NCBI GenBank assembly: GCA_028696945.1
Contig: JAQVGD010000001.1
Location: 1-59,990, forward strand
Source: Lutibacter sp.
GTDB taxonomy: Bacteria > Bacteroidota > Bacteroidia > Flavobacteriales > Flavobacteriaceae
Length of the DNA stretch: 59,990 nt
Direction: 5' to 3'
Shown: piece by piece, positions 59,053-59,990 of the stretch
Numbering within the stretch: position 1 is the first letter of the stretch
Layout: every line of letters starts with the position of its first letter
Translations under genes and position numbers: made by a program
The notes under the pieces: generated by a model
What the model saw: only the letters and a program-made list of their open reading frames with translations
Databases searched by the model: none
Told to the model about the DNA's origin: nothing

Positions 59053-59282
59053 GAATTGAGTACAAATAACACCAATACGTTTCTTAAGTAAATTTAAAAT
59101 CAGACAAATAATCCTAACAGGTTTGCACAGATAAATTTGCTTGTTAATTTTTATAATTTCCCTTGCTTTTTTAACCATATTCTATAAATGCAATGAATTT
59201 TAGAATCATGGCAGAAGCCTAAAACGAATTATTTTTTTTATTATATTAGCTAAACTAATCGTTTACTAAAACAAATCATAAA

Positions 59283-59693
59283 ATGGGAATGTTAAAAGAA
59301 TTCAAAGAATTTGCAATGAAGGGAAACCTTGTTGACATTGCGGTAGGTTTTGTTATGGGAGCTGCTTTCAACAAAATTGTATCTTCATTTACTGGCGGTA
59401 TTGTTTCGCCACTTGTTGGGCTAATTTTTAAATCGGACTTCAAAGGACTGAAATGGGTTATCAACGAAGGCGTTGTTGATGAAACTGGAGAAGTTATTGG
59501 CGAAGTTGCCGTGCTTTACGGAGATTTTTTAACAAACCTAGTCGATTTTATTATAGTGGCTGCGGTTATGTTTATGATGATAAAAGCAATTAACAAAACT
59601 AAAAAGAAGGAAGTTCCAGCTCCTGTAGCGCCAAAAGGTCCTTCTCAAGAAGAATTATTGATTCAAATTAGGGATTTACTGGCAAAAAAATAG
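59283..59693 (+). CDS. mscL: Large-conductance mechanosensitive channel
   Basis: EFKEFAMKGNLVDIAVG, YGDFL, LL.QIRDLL. Confidence 0.96.
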   Translation: MGMLKEFKEFAMKGNLVDIAVGFVMGAAFNKIVSSFTGGIVSPLVGLIFKSDFKGLKWVINEGVVDETGEVIGEVAVLYGDFLTNLVDFIIVAAVMFMMIKAINKTKKKEVPAPVAPKGPSQEELLIQIRDLLAKK

Positions 59694-59742
59694 TCTAAAC
59701 TGTCTAATACCATTTAAACATTTAATTGGTATAAAAAGTTGG

Positions 59743-59848
59743 TTTAACCGCAAAGCTCGCAAAGAAGGCGCAATGTTCGCAAAATTTTAAGATTTTAAAC
59801 AGTCCTTTGCGTTCCTTGCGAAAAAACTTTGCGAAACTTGCGGTTAAA
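59743..59848. repeat. Long imperfect inverted repeat of CGCAAAG units
   Basis: ttaaccgcaaagctcgcaaagaaggcgcaatgttcgcaaa ... tttgcgttccttgcg...tttgcgaaacttgcggttaa. Confidence 0.8.
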
Positions 59849-59877
59849 AAATGAGTACTTTTTAGAGAGCCTGTTTT

Positions 59878-59990
59878 TTACTTGCCTTTTTTAGTTTCAT
59901 AAACTTCTGCTATTGTTTTTGAATTCTCAGCCTTATGAACGAGAATTAGTTCATCGCCAACGGTTACATTTCCAGTTTGCAGCACTTTAA
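59878..59990 (-). CDS. 3' end of a MOSC (YiiM-like) protein, truncated by the window
   Basis: Manual translation KVLQTGNVTVGDELILVHKAENSKTIAEVYETKKGK*. Confidence 0.65.
   Translation of the reverse strand, partial: KVLQTGNVTVGDELILVHKAENSKTIAEVYETKKGK

Noticed and set aside
58906-59178. 90-aa minus-strand ORF between alr and mscL
   Set aside because: Largely a translation of the structured repeat at 58919-59052
120-59464. Many 60-130 aa ORFs antisense or out of frame to confident genes (e.g. 3113-3424, 26758-27060, 48935-49330, 57287-57607)
   Set aside because: They overlap well-supported CDSs and carry no recognisable motifs; treated as shadow ORFs
1-59990. CRISPR array, rRNA, tRNA, transposase or integrase
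   Set aside because: No regularly spaced direct repeats, tRNA/rRNA-like sequence, or DDE/tyrosine/serine recombinase motifs were seen

Overview
AT-rich chromosomal window from a Bacteroidota/Flavobacteriaceae organism, inferred from TTG-N19-TAnnTTTG promoters, T9SS/gliding-associated genes and gene order; it looks Lutibacter/Polaribacter-like, but the genus cannot be fixed from this window. Core content is pruA, apaG, nqrABCDEF plus apbE, map, acetyl-CoA hydrolase/transferase, remB-like, deoC with two ALDHs, tonB, tatD, ogt, glyQS, comF, metB-like, tdk, alr and mscL. An accessory block at about 25.9-41.4 kb holds three modules. (i) An XRE-HTH / res / KilA-N / mod type III R-M locus with a visible operator, a 32-bp palindrome found both upstream of and inside the KilA-N gene, short palindromic repeats read in frame inside Res and Mod, and an attC-like edge. 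(ii) A five-gene trans-envelope module: exported TPR-CHAT caspase-like protease, PKD/beta-barrel protein, lipoprotein, and a divergent ECF sigma / TPR anti-sigma pair. The same GGGTAACAA-N16-ATMTRT motif lies upstream of the lipoprotein and inside the sigma gene. (iii) An AbiF-type HEPN toxin followed by its own promoter-hairpin-terminator small RNA. A second R-M pair (NlaIII-like MTase plus a putative PD-(D/E)xK nuclease) is at 54.3-56.1 kb. No rRNA, tRNA, CRISPR array, transposase or integrase was seen. All product calls come from reading motifs by eye; no database search was run.
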